A model generated the notes under the pieces. That model had not been told where the DNA came from. It saw only the letters and a program-made list of their open reading frames with translations, and did not search any database. A stretch of 64,000 bases of DNA. It comes from Geosiphon pyriformis uo1. Lineage: Eukaryota > Fungi > Glomeromycota. This document shows positions 1 through 13,279 of this stretch, piece after piece; within the stretch, counting starts at the first letter, position 1; each line of letters opens with the position of its first letter. The stretch spans positions 62,001 through 126,000 of the forward strand of contig JAAOMT010000183.1 in the NCBI GenBank assembly GCA_016748015.1, in the 5' to 3' direction. Both the position numbers and the translations under genes were made by a program.

Positions 1-163
1 GGATCTATAATTATATGTCAAAATATGTCAAGTATATCCCTTGCATTGTCTCTAAAAATTATAATCCACAAGAAAAGAGTTCTTGATCTACCAAGTCATT
101 GCCCAAACCATTCAATGGCCCATTGAAACGTGACTAATGGGATTTGATTCATCCCGAACAATC

Positions 164-3100
164 TTAGACGGCAGCAACAATCTGTTAGTAAATGGGAATT
201 AATGTTTCAATGGAATTCATGAGAACGAAAATATACACATGTGACATAAGTCAATATACCTCATCAGCTTTTTGCAAAGCTTCGATCATTTTCTTGACTT
301 CCTTTCTCCTCTGTTGCGTGTATTCGCTTTCCTTGAGCAATTCATCCAGCACATCCATTTTATATAATTCCTGTAATAATTCTCGCTGCAGTTCCTCTTT
401 TGCGTATGCAACTAGATTAAGCATAATCGCCTTAGGGACCGTATCAACGATGGTCCGTTTAACAATATTAAAGTAAGATTGGATTAGAAGTTCTAAAGGA
501 ATATTCAAGGCCAGCAGATTAATGAAAAATTTATGAAAGAATCAGACTCCAAAAAGGCAAATTCTCACTTATAACTTCTGTTTCCATGATTTCCCGTTCT
601 GAAAGATTTCCGGACGCTTTCAAAACGGGAGGTGGCTATTCAACAATAAAAATAAAAATATAAAGTATTAAAGATCCCGACATAGCTGATTGATGCTAAA
701 ATTTATTGCATTACCGGTTCCATAACTCCAGCCTTCTTTTTTTTGTTTGATGCAAAAAAGCTTCCGAAAAATGAATTGGGTCCTTCGGGATCGAAACCAA
801 GGGGATTATTGGTCAAATTAGTAGTGCTTCGGTTCTTATTGTCAGTACCCGGCTGCTTAGGGGGGTTGAGTTTGTCGTTAATGATTGTCATAGCTTTATG
901 TCCATTCAGAAAATCAGGATGACCGGTATTGATGTAACAAGTTTCCATTCTAATTAGTAAAAGTGGAAAGAAAATTTTGGGGATATAAATGAAATAAAAA
1001 AGGACATAAACAGTAAATTCTATTTGTTGCAGAATGCTTACGCAACAAGATCCGTGACGAGTTTATTTGTAGGATTCATGGCTTTTTTGAAAAAGTTGAT
1101 TACCACAGAATTGAACTTTTCTTTTAAGCCAGGAAACCGTTTAAATAACTATTGAGTAAAAGAGAGGTATTAACTGTAATTGACTGAAAAAAGATAAAAT
1201 AATAAGAATAAATACCTGTTTCTGTAGCAGCTGAGACAAGATTCTAACCAATTCGTCATAAACAAGCGTGACGCACTTCAGACTTGGCTCTTCAAGACGC
1301 TTAATTTGTTGCCTAATAATAACTTCGAAGGCAGTAGTGCCAACAAACAGGGCAGGTGAAGAACCGGATGAATTATACAAAATTGTTCGAATGTCCACAT
1401 CTTTTACTTGGTCAAAGGGATCTATAGATTTTATTCCGTTCGCAAAGACTTCATGAAAAACAAAACTGACACGAGCACCACCAGAAAGCTCAAAAGATGA
1501 CAATTCATTAGAATTTCCATCTATAATTGTACGGAATTCAGTGCAGAATTCCGTAATGATGTTAAGAACAAGATTTCCTTGATTATTGGGGCCGTCGTCT
1601 AAAGGATCACCCAGACTGATCAACTCTGTAAGGTATTTGTTTAAAGCGGCTTGAATTTTCGCTTTGATTTCTGGGAGTGTATTTCGAATATGATGCATTA
1701 AGATCTAAGGGACCAATCAAAGGATTTAATCAATTTTTAAAAGGAATTATTGAATATTATTATTATTATTTACCATGTTAAGTTTTCGAGCCAAAAAGAG
1801 TGTCCCACAATATTGTGCTTTGCTTTTATATGAAGCATGGTTCTCGAAGAATTGACGTTCAGCTTCTAAGGCTGCAGAAATGGCTTTCTTCCTTTCAATG
1901 TCCTTCTGCCCACGATTCACAACAGGCACATAGCCTATATGATGCATTCAACTATTGTTTAATATTAAATATGCCTTAAAGTCAAGCAAAATTCAGAACT
2001 CACCAAGTCTTAAAGGAATAACGCGACCCGCCAATATGTCTACAACATCCGTTCCTCCATCCCTATCTCAAAAATGCAGATTCATTAAATTAACAACATT
2101 CTATTTAGAGTAAAAGGATTATGAAAGCAAACATACATGAGATCAATTTTTGTAAGTACACCGATTGTGCGAGATCCTAAAAAAGAGGATTAAAATCTTA
2201 AAGTATAATCAATAGTCCATGATCTGTAAAAAGAAATTTATTTTACCTTCAGGATCCACTTCACGAGCTAATTTTAGACCATCGGAGTTTGCCAAATCAG
2301 TATTGGCTGCAGTAACTGCAAGAATAATAGCATTTGGTTTTGTTATATATTTGAGAATCATTTCCCGAATTTGCTTTTCGATATCTCTGGGTTGATCGCC
2401 AATTGGGACCTAAGATTTAATGAAGAATATTAAGCCTATGAATCATATTTTTAGGAAAGGTCATCCTTAGGCAAGAGGTTACCTTTGTGAGGCCAGGCAA
2501 ATCAACCATTGTTAAAGTCAAAACATTAGGTGAAAATATCCTGAGATTAATTGGTTGTGAAGAGATACCTGATGATACAAAGGCAATAGGCATTAATATT
2601 TCTTTAAGCAAAGCATTAATGAATAAGGTGATATAATCACCAGCATTTTTTCCAGTTTTCTCTTCTGTTTCTTTCACAATTTCTTCGCGGATTTTATTAA
2701 AATCCACAAATTTAACTCCAGGAATATGTAAAAACTCCCCCCACTCATCTGCTTCTTTAGAATCTTTAGAATCTTTAGAATCTTTAAAATCTTTAAAATC
2801 TTTAGAATCTTGGTTAGGTGATGATTTGTTTTTGTCTTCCGCATCTTGTGAATCTTCTCCATTGATTGCATTTGAACCTTGCCGATTAATAAGCTGCAAT
2901 ACCTGTATATTTGAGCAGATTAATGAAAATCTATAATCAATTTTATCAGCAGAAGAATTACTGGCAAAAAAAGAAATTAAGGTTCTCATGATATCCATGA
3001 AGCAGTCACAAATTAATACAGGATCTGAGCGACTCGGTACAATGGCTATTGAAAGACAAAGTCTGAGCTAAGAAGGAAAGTAAACCATAAATAAAGAGCT

Positions 3101-3363
3101 TACTAAAGGTCTACGAGTGACAATCCCAGTACCCCTGGGCAAAAAATCACGGCCTACTATATTTTCAAGTACTGAACTTTTCCCACTTGACTGTGACCCA
3201 ATGACTACAATTTGAGGCAAGTCTACGGGATTTTGGACACCAACTGTAGCAAAAGCATCCTGGAGCTTATTTACTAATTTAGATTTTAAATGAGTTAATG
3301 TTCAATCCTCTTGGCTTTATAAGATGAGAAATGTATACCTGTTTTAATCAGGTTTGTATCCAT
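164..3363 (-). CDS. VPS1: Dynamin-like GTPase Vps1 (multi-exon gene)
   Basis: Spliced reading starts MDTNLIKT|[34 protein letters not shown] (P-loop) and includes [15 protein letters not shown] and TKID motifs, the middle domain ([12 protein letters not shown]) and the GED ([21 protein letters not shown]). Last exon IVAAV-stop (TAA 164-166) follows a GT-AG intron. ATG at 3361-3363. Confidence 0.95.
2754..2810 (-). repeat. Coding 9-bp tandem repeat (KDS/KDF x ~6) in the Vps1 GTPase-domain insert
   Basis: Units atctttaga/atctttaaa translate on the minus strand as [18 protein letters not shown]. Confidence 0.9.
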
Positions 3364-3638
3364 GCCTTTTTAATTAATGCAAAGGGATGTGTAGATGGAA
3401 ATGAAGAAGCAAAATAAGGCTAGGCAGCGTTTCGTTTAGTGAGGTGAAATTTGATGGAATCCTCAACGAAAGAATTTCCACTTTTTGACACTATACTTGA
3501 TAGAGCATGGCGGGCCAATTAACTTGGGAGCTAGCCCCTTGGATTATCATTATTATCAAATCTGATATCAAATCTGACTTAAGACAAATTACCAGTTTGG
3601 TAATTATGTTTGAACCACGAAAAGTACGATAATTAACA
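3364..3638. promoter_or_regulatory. Probable bidirectional promoter between VPS1 and NEO1
   Basis: Only 275 bp separate the divergent ATGs. Contains a perfect 12-bp tandem duplication tatcaaatctga x2 (3554-3577). Confidence 0.6.
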
Positions 3639-6600
3639 ATGGCGAAGGACTCTTCTATTTCCTTAAAAACTATAATTCCTTTTCCTGAACAGAGAACAAA
3701 ATTAAGGTATTCTGACCCCGAGGATGAAACTCCTTTAATTGAAAACTATGAATGGGGCGAGGTCAGTTTCGCATGCAATTCCTAAAATTCTTCAAAAATC
3801 AATATTACTGTGACCATCGAGATTTAAGTTTAAACCTTTAATGAAAGAAAAGCTTTTCTGTCCTTTCTCTAAAGGAACAATCAGCGGGCATAAGGTCACG
3901 AAATATGGGACGTGCTTCGAAAACAGATACTTCAAAATCCTTTCAAACCTCTCATCAACAAAAATCTAGAACCATTTCATTTCATGCATCAAATAAAATC
4001 AAAGATAAATACTCACCAAATGTGGTTAGAAACCAAAAATATAACGTGATCACTTTTTTCCCTCTTATTTTATACCAGCAGGTAAGATTTTAGGGGTATT
4101 GAAATTTAAAACTAGTTAAATTTGATTTTTAATCATGACTAATGGGATTCTTCGCTGCCTTTTCAGTTCCACATCTTTATCAACTTATATTTCCTTCTAG
4201 TAGCACTTTCTCAATTTGTACCATCTTTGAAAATCGGTAATTATTACTTTTAGTTAAACCAATTTCATAACATTTAACAAACTAGTCAATATATTTTATG
4301 AATAGGTTATATTGTCACTTATTTCGGACCATTGTGCTTCGTGCTTGCCGTGACAATCGGAAAAGAGGCATTAGATGATTGGAAACGACACAAAAGGGAC
4401 ACTGAGAATAACTCGCAAAAATATCAAGTTCTCACCAAAAATGGCATAAAACCAGTGCCCAGTTCGCGTTTAAGGGTTGGTGATTTGGTTATCATCCATA
4501 AGGATCAAAGGGTATGAAGGGTTGTAAGATCCTTGCTAAACCCAAACAAAAGTTTATACCTTATATTTAATCACTTCAGATTCCGGCCGATGTAGTTCTT
4601 CTTCGTACAACTGAGAGGAGTGGTTCATGCTTTATTCGAACAGATCAACTTGACGGTGAAACAGATTGGAAATTAAGGTAAGTTATATTAGAATTTTAAA
4701 ATTCTTCATTTATTTTTTTCACTGATTTATCAAAGGAGCTGAGAGTTATTTTTTATATCTCAAAAACTCTATTAGCTTTCTTTGAGCAAATTATCCCATT
4801 AGTTTCGGTTATTGAGAAGCAAATACTCCTTTTTATATTCATATTAACTGATAATTTCTGCTTATCAGACTTGCTGTGCCATTTTGCCAAAAGCTTCCAA
4901 CTGATGAAAATTTGCTAGAAATTGATGCAGATATTTATGGTAAACATCACAATGTTTTTTTTTTGATTTTTTATTAAAATTTTGACTATAATACATTTTC
5001 TGAAGCCGGAAGTCCGCATAAAGATATTCACAGTTTTATTGGAAATTTTTCTCAGCATATTCCTGAAAATATAGTAAGTTGCATCTCGATTTTATTTTAT
5101 ATTATGAGATTTTTACACTTTATTAAACTCAGACCCCGCAAGTTGAACCATTAAATGTCGAAAATACTTTGTGGATGAATACGGTACTTGCGTCTGGGAC
5201 CGCTATAGGGTTTATTATCTATACTGGTCAGGACACCCGAGCAGTAATGAATACGAGTGACCCAGAAACCAAAACTGGACTACTCGATCATGAGATCAAT
5301 CGTCTTTCTAAAGTCTGTATCAAGCTTGGAGCTATACTAAACGAATTCCATTTAAATTTATCAATAGTAAAATATTACTAAAAAAATCAACAATTCAGAT
5401 TCTTTTTGTTGTTACTTTACTTTTATCTCTTACCCTCATTGCCTTGAACGGCTTTCGCGGCTTGTGGTATATTTATTTATTCCGGTTTTTAATTTTGTTT
5501 TCATCTATAATTCCAATTGGGTAGGTTTAATCATGTTATAGCAAAACCTCATTTCTCATCCCATTTCATTGGACTAATCATGATTTTATTCTTCTCGGAC
5601 TTAGCTTACGTGTTAACCTGGATATGGGAAAAACAGTGTACGGATATCAAATTATGAATGATAAAGAAATACCCCATACAATCGTTCGCACAAGTACAAT
5701 TCCTGAAGAACTTGGTCGCATCGAATACCTTTTATCAGATAAAACGGGGACGTTAACTAAAAATGGTAAAAATGTCTTTGATACCAATTTTCCCTCAAAA
5801 ATTTCTTAATTCCTAATGTTATATCTTATTAAAGATATGGAGTTGAAAAAACTTCATATGGGGACTATGTCCTATAGCATGGACACCATGGATGAAATTT
5901 CTTCTCATATTGAAATGGCTTTTACTCCTCGACAAGGTTTGGATTTCTCATATATTCTAAATATTGGTCATCAATATTGAATTTATTATAATTTACATTT
6001 TGAACGGCAAAGAACCAACACATACGCGTAACACTTCACACGGAACAATCTCTGGAACTGTTCCCAATTGGTTTGGAAAAACTAGAAGAGATATTACTTC
6101 TAGAATACGTGATATTGTATTAGCCTTAGCTCTGTGCCACAATGTAAGTAAAATTTTAATTCTTTAAAAATATTGGTATTAACATTTTTTGTGCAGGTTA
6201 CTCCTGTAAAGGAAGATGGTGAGCTCATTTACCAAGCATCTTCTCCTGACGAGGTTGCTATCGTACGGTGGACTGAACATGTTGGGTTATCTTTGGTATC
6301 CCGTGACATCAATGAGATGAAACTTCGTACATCGCATGGTCAAATTCTCGAATTTTCTATCCTTCAAATCTTTCCTTTCACGAGTGAGACCAAAAGAATG
6401 GGAATTATTGTTAAAGAAAAAACTACTGGGGAAATAACTTTTTATGAAAAAGGTGCTGATGTCGTAATGACTAAAATTGTGCAATATAATGATTGGTTGG
6501 ATGAAGAATGCGGAAATATGGCAAGGGAGGGATTAAGAACACTTGTTGTGGCACGAAAACGGCTGTCAGATGAGGCATATAACGAATTTAATCAAAGGTA

Positions 6601-8760
6601 AGTTTCAAGGTTGAAAACACTAAATAAAGTATATTATTCATTAAAATTATTCAAAATTTTCAGATTTCATGAAGCCAAAGTGAGTATCAGCGATCGAAAA
6701 GCTCAAGAGGAACTTATTTTATCGTCCATGTTAGAACACGATTTAGAGCTATTAGGTGTAACTGGCGTGGAAGACAAACTTCAAGATGATGTAAAGAGCA
6801 CTTTAGAATTATTGAAAAATGCAGGCTTGAGGATTTGGATGTTGACAGGTTCGGTATGGGATGTTCTCTTATAATTGATAGCATCCTTTTTGTTATTGAT
6901 TAGCTTTCCTTGTAATCCCTAGTGGATATTTTAAATGTAAATTCTTCATGCATTTAGGCGACAAAATCGAAACAGCAACTTGCATTGCAGTGTCCTCAAA
7001 ATTGGTTGCTAGGAATCAATTCATACATACAATCGCTAAAGGTATCAATGGCTTAGTTTATATATTTATTTTAAGTTTCTAATTGGAAATAATAATTATT
7101 CTGCTAAAACGGTAGTACAAAATCCAGAAGCTGCTTTGGAGAAAATGGACGCTTTGCAAAGCAACCCCGGTTCCTGTTTGGTTATTGATGGTGAATCCAT
7201 TCAAGTAAGATAACAATATATCTTACATTTGATGTATTATTGAATCTTGCAAAGCAAAATTCACTTTGATATTTCGATTTTCTATCGAATTAGATTTATA
7301 TGGACCATTTCAGAAATGAATTTATTGATCTTGCTGTCCGATTACCAGTGGTTGTAGCATGTCGGTGCTCACCGACCCAAAAGGTTTGCGCAAGTTTTCA
7401 GAGTTAAATTCATTAAAACATTAGCTCAATTTGAAAACCAATAAAGGCAGACATTACTCGATTGATAAAAACCTACACCAAGAAAAGGGTTTGTTGTATA
7501 GGGGATGGGGGGAACGATGTTAGCATGATTCAAGCGGCTGATGTTGGTATGTTCTGGTATCTATATTATCATCCCAGTCAAATTCTAAATAATTTGATCA
7601 CTTTCATTAAGGTGTAGGCATTGTGGGAAAGGAGGGCAAACAAGCTTCTCTTGCTGCAGATTTCTCAGTTACTCAATTTAGTTTCCTGACTAAACTCCTA
7701 CGTAAGCTCTCTCAGAATTTTTGTCTGTCTTTTCAATTTAATCTAACACTTCCTCAGTATGGCATGGCAGAAATAGTTACAAGCGTTCAGCAAAGCTCGC
7801 TCAATTTGTTATACATCGAGGATTAATAATATCGGTTATACAAGCTGTATTTTCTTCGATATTTTATTTCGCTCCAATTGCCCTTTATCAGGTAAACCTT
7901 TAAATTATATTCTCAATTTAAAAAAATACTTATTTTGGATCGATAAAGAATCATTAAATTTTAAAGGGCTGGTTGATTGTCGGTTACTCTACAATTTACA
8001 CAATGGCCCCAGTATTTTCTTTGGTACTTGACCAAGATGTCAACCAAGATATAGCAATGGGGTTCCCTGAGCTATATAAGGATTTGACGAAGGTTGATCT
8101 TCTTAAACTCCTGCATTCAATCAGCTTTATTGTTATTTAACATTTTTTGCTTTTTAAGGGCCGATCGCTATCTTATCGAACTTTTTTTCAGTGGGTGATG
8201 ATCAGCGTATATCAAGGTGAACTTGAAATTCAGTGTAAATTAAGAGTTTTTACTAAAAATCATTGTTATACTTAGGTGGGGCTATCATGATCATGTCGAT
8301 TGTTCTTTTCGAAGATCAATTCGTACATATTGTTTCTATTTCTTTCACCTCCTTGATTCTTAATGAATTATTAATGGTCGCCCTTGAGATTAATACTTGG
8401 TATGAGAATTACAACATTTCACATAAGGTGCTGTTAAAGTATTAACTTTATTTCGACTTATAGGCATCCTTATATGATCATGTCCGAGATACTAACTTTG
8501 ATCATTTATTGCGTTTCAATGGCCTTTTTGCCTACCTATTTCGGTGAGTTTTGCGTGAAATAATCTCCATCTTGCCTAAAAAATTTACGCTTTAAAATTT
8601 TTCCTTTATTGTGCCTTCAATTCTAGACATGTCATTCATTATGACACCGATTTTTATATGGAAGGTAGCCGTAATCACAGCCGTGAGCAGTATTCCATTG
8701 TATATTGTCAAGTATATAAAGCGAAGATACGCTCCACCAAGTTATACAAAATTAACTTAA
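3639..8760 (+). CDS. NEO1: P4-type ATPase phospholipid flippase, Neo1/ATP9 subfamily (about 25 exons)
   Basis: Motifs [28 protein letters not shown] (~5738), [36 protein letters not shown] and GDGGND (7501), and C-terminus [12 protein letters not shown]-stop (TAA 8758-8760). Short GT-AG introns throughout. Confidence 0.95.
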
Positions 8761-9279
8761 GTTTTGAGAGAATTGCACATTTCTGTTTTATGGCGAATTT
8801 TGATGCTTTATTCCAATAATATATTAATAGCCATTATGATACACGCCAAAGCAACATATGGGCTAAGACGCTCTCCTACAAATATAGAAAAAATTAACGT
8901 CGTTTAGTAGAGGGTTTACTGATTTTTTGAACACGTCTTTACCTATTCTAGCCGCTTTCCAAAATAAGCCCAGGACACTAAAGAGCAAAAATCGATTAAA
9001 AACAAATATAGTACAATATATTCAAATCAGGTAGTGATAATAGACTTCTACCCTGTTTTGTTCCTATCAAGTAAAGTTGGAGCTTGCGATTTAACATAAG
9101 TGCAAGTACAAACAACCAACAAGATTACAAGTAAAAGACTTTGGAAATTAAATAAAGCAGACTAAACCGTGATAATAAAAGGTAATGGTGAATTTTTCAA
9201 CTCAAAATTTCCCCAAAGTTAACGGTGCTTGCTTACCATTTTTTGTTATTGACGTTCACAATTGAAAAAATTAGCTGTA

Positions 9280-10138
9280 TTAAATATGAAAATATTAAAA
9301 TTTATATTTAATATTTGAAAATTATTCTATGAATCAAAACAATATATTTATAATGACAGTAAATTAATAATAATAACATTATTATTAAGTAATTTAAATA
9401 TTTTTGATAATAAGAAATTATTTTTAATTACAATACAAAAATATAAACCAATGCAAAAATATTTTAATATTAAATTATAACTGTTAACTTATTTATATTA
9501 AAACATAATAATGAATTGATTAAAAGTATTAAAAATAAATATATAAATTATTTTGCAACTTTTTTAATTATTAAAATTATTTAAACCAATGTAATAATAT
9601 TAAATAAATTATATTAAGCTAAATAATTATAATTTTATATATTTAAATAACATAAAAATATATTTTTTATAAATTTTTATTTTATTTTAAATTATTAAAT
9701 TATTAATATTTATTTAATATAATACAAAGATAGTTGATACTTTAATTACATTAATAGTATAATAAAAAAAATTTTTAATAATTAAGATTATATAAATAAA
9801 TTTATTATTTAATTAATTGTTTTTGTAATATTTATTTTTATTTTTATTATTAAAATTTTGTGTTTTGTTTATAATATTAAAATTGTAAATAATTTTAATA
9901 ATATAATTATATAAACTTTATATAAATTAATTAAATTAAATATATATAATAAATAACATATATAAAAACACATAATATATAGTATTTTTTTTATGTATTT
10001 TTAAAATATTCTTAATTAATGTATTAATAAAAATAAATAATGCTTAATAATAAGCAGTATTTTAATTAAATTAAATAAATAATAATAAATTAAATAAACA
10101 AAATAAAAAATTATAAATTATAATAAAAACTAAATATA

Positions 10139-10226
<88 letters not shown>

Positions 10227-10980
10227 ACAAAAATAAATTATAAATCCAATTTTAATTAAATTCTAATAACAAAATAAAAAAAAGTTACAATATTAATTAT
10301 TTTTATATAATTTGTATTAAATATAAAAAAAAATTTAAATATTAAAGTAAAAAATATAAAACTTTTTGGTTTAAAATTTCGAAATTGAGTGTTTATAAAA
10401 ATTTTTGGTTAAGATTTTTATTTTTAAAATTTAACCAAAAAATTTGTAAAATTTATAATATATTAAAATAATTACTACAAAAATAATAATTAAACATAAA
10501 AATAAAATATGAATTTTTAAAATTAAAATAAGAACAAATTTTAAAATATATATATGTATTTTTAATAATTAAATAATTATAATTATAATTTAAAATATTG
10601 TATTATTAATAATTAATGTATTTTAATTTAATTTGTTTAATTATTTTAAAAAATTAAAAAAAATTTTATACATAAGTTATTTTTTAAATATTAAATAATA
10701 AGTAATAATAATAATATAAACATAACTAATTTTGTATAAAAATGTTTTTTTATTGCTTTATAAATAAGATTTAATTATTATTTAATATATAAAAACAAAT
10801 TAAATATTTTTAATTAAATATAACTTATGTATTTTCTATATATAACCAATTATTCAGACCAATTAAGATATAATTATACAATTATTTCATTATAATATTA
10901 TTATTTAATCTAAAAAAAAATTTAAATTATTTACAAAAACCAAAACTAATCTTAAAAGTTTTATTAATATTAAGTATATT
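9280..10980. other. Extremely AT-rich non-coding tract, probably fully decayed transposon DNA
   Basis: Almost no G/C, no credible ORFs, sharp boundary with the genic DNA. Confidence 0.55.
10141..10224 (+). repeat. (TTA)n microsatellite, ~28 perfect units
   Basis: Uninterrupted ttattatta run. Confidence 0.97.
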
Positions 10981-10992
10981 GTATTAGAAAAA

Positions 10993-13274
10993 ACTTTTTG
11001 TCTTCTTAATTTTATGATCACAACTAGAGCAAAAAGTAAAAAAGCTGCACCTAATATTTTTCTTGAGATATCTAATAAAATTTTAATTAAAAGAGCTTTT
11101 TTTGTTGTAGAAGCAACCGAACAGAACATTTTAGAAGTCTTTTTTTTACCTAGTAATCATAAAAAGCTATTTTTAGTAGCTACTGAAGCAATTTTCTCTT
11201 TTTTGGCTGGTTTTTCACCAGTCAAAATTCCTTCAAAAAAACATATTTGGGTTAGTTCCAGTATTGTCTTCATCTCAACTAAAAGCCCAAAAGTTTTTAA
11301 TAATAGATTAATAAACAAGCTGGTCTTTTTCTCTTTAGCTTTAACATCTAGTGTTGCTAACACCACTTCTTCAAAAAAAATGGTCAAAAAAACCAAAAGT
11401 TCAGAAAAGTAGAGGCAATTGCTTGTCTCTGCTATTGTTATACTGAACTTCTTTGTGGTTTTTAATGAGATCTTAGATGAAATCTTTATAGTATCATTTA
11501 GTATGTCATCTAAAATAGGCCAAGATTAACCACTAGTTGTGTTGTCAAATATGATGTCTTTCAGCAGATTATTACCAGTTTTAAAAGCAAAACAATTATT
11601 TTCTGTAATGTCATCTGTTTTTGTAAACTGAACTGACTAAATAGAAACTGAATCATCTCTTTTTTTGGTTTTTGGTACTGCTACTAATGATGCTTGAAAA
11701 ATTATTACTAGTTATTAAAAATTTACTGAGTAGATGACCTCTACTTTGATGCCTGGTACTACTTTTAAGATTAAATTAGCTTATGTTAAGACTGTTTTTC
11801 AGTCTGTGCATGGTTTTTTGGATACAAAGTTAGTTGCAAAAAACAATGTAAAGCTCTTTTGTATGGAGTTTGCTTCTCAAACTTTTTGGATGTTGTATTT
11901 TTGGTCGAGCTTACAAGCTTTGTTTATTTTGCCACTCTTAAAATTGCCAAGTTTTTGGTGGTTTCTGAGTCTGGCTCCTCTTCTGCTGTTGTTGTACTGC
12001 ATAATGTGCCTTTGAGTGTGTCTGTTGCTAATATTAAAACAGCTCTCAATGTTTTTGGTGTAATTACTTGTGTTGTGCTAAAGCTTACTGGCATTTGGCA
12101 ATATGTAGTGGTTTATTTTAAGAAATTGGACTCTGCTGTGTCTGTTTTGAATTATTGATTAGTCTTGATAGACAAAGATAGTGTTAGAATTCTCCTCTTG
12201 GTAAATCAAAATGAAACTATTCTGTTTCATAATAGATTTAAGACCAAATTGGTCAATCTTTTTTCTGGTTGTACTGCTTTTGAAATTAGTGATTTGATTT
12301 TTTAAGTTGGTGGTTAGACATGTTTTATTCCTCACTCCTTTGATTCTAGTTATTGTTTCTGGTTTGCTCTGGTTATATTCAGTTCTCAAGTAAATTTGAA
12401 TATTGCTGTACTTAAGACTGATATGCTAAGAAAGTGTTATATTTGATAAAAAACTCCTAGAAATTGGTGCTGTTTTCAGTGCCAAGATTTGGGTCATCTG
12501 GCTTCAGATTGTATGGTGTTTTTACCTCTTTCTCTTAGACTTTTTAAAACTTTTATCTCACATGTTGTTGGTAACAAGTTTTATGTTAATACTACTACTT
12601 TTGTGCTTTTTGTAGTTTTTTGTCCTCCTGTTGGTTTGGTTTTATCTGCTAATATATCTGCTGATAATTCTGTGGTTTCTTTACAGTTGTTCTTTTTGAA
12701 GTCTGATTTAACCAAGCTTTTTAATTTGGTCAACTCTATTGTTAAGCCTGTTGGTTTTATGGTCAAATTATTTGAACAATTTGTTAATAAAGATTTAGTT
12801 TTAAGTAGTGCTTTTAGCCTTAGGGTCAATAAAGTTTTAGTGTATATGAATACCTTTAGCAAGACTGTTAATAAGCTGGAGTAAAAGGTGGTTGTTTTGA
12901 AAACTAAGTGTAGTTATGAGAACATTAATATGTCTGGTTTTTATGTAAGTTTGTTTTCTGTTGATAATAATATGTTTTCTAATTTAATGTCACTTTAGAA
13001 ACATAAATCTGCTATTATAAAAACTGATGTCTTTAAAATAGCTAAGTGGCTGGGTGGATTTATTAGTAATAATGCTATACTGTTTGAAATTGTTTAAAAA
13101 ATGTTTTCTTTGGATAAGTTTTCTTTTAAGACTTTAGTATAATGTGTTCTTGATTGATTTGAGTAACTAGTTACATGTAGAAAGCACATAATTAGTGCCT
13201 AGTTTAGATTACTTGGTTTGATGTATTGTACTAGGTAGTTTTTGAACTGTATTTGTTAAGCAAATAAAAAAAAA
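10993..13274 (+). mobile_element. ORF1-only non-LTR retroelement (half-LINE-like), copy A, degenerate
   Basis: ~20-nt leader, then a broken ORF from 11014 (MITTRAKSKKAAP) with RRM-like segments (VVLHNVPLSVSVANIKTAL...WQYVVVYF), a CCHC knuckle (CFQCQDLGHLASDC ~12472) and a coiled-coil C-terminus. No endonuclease or RT. Ends in a LINE-type 3' tail plus A-tract. Possible decayed TSD taagtata(ta)tt(g/a)tatta on both flanks. Confidence 0.85.
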
Positions 13275-13279
13275 TAAGT

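Noticed and set aside
2674-2871. ORF with an LKILKILKI repeat
   Set aside because: Alternative frame of the VPS1 exon repeat.
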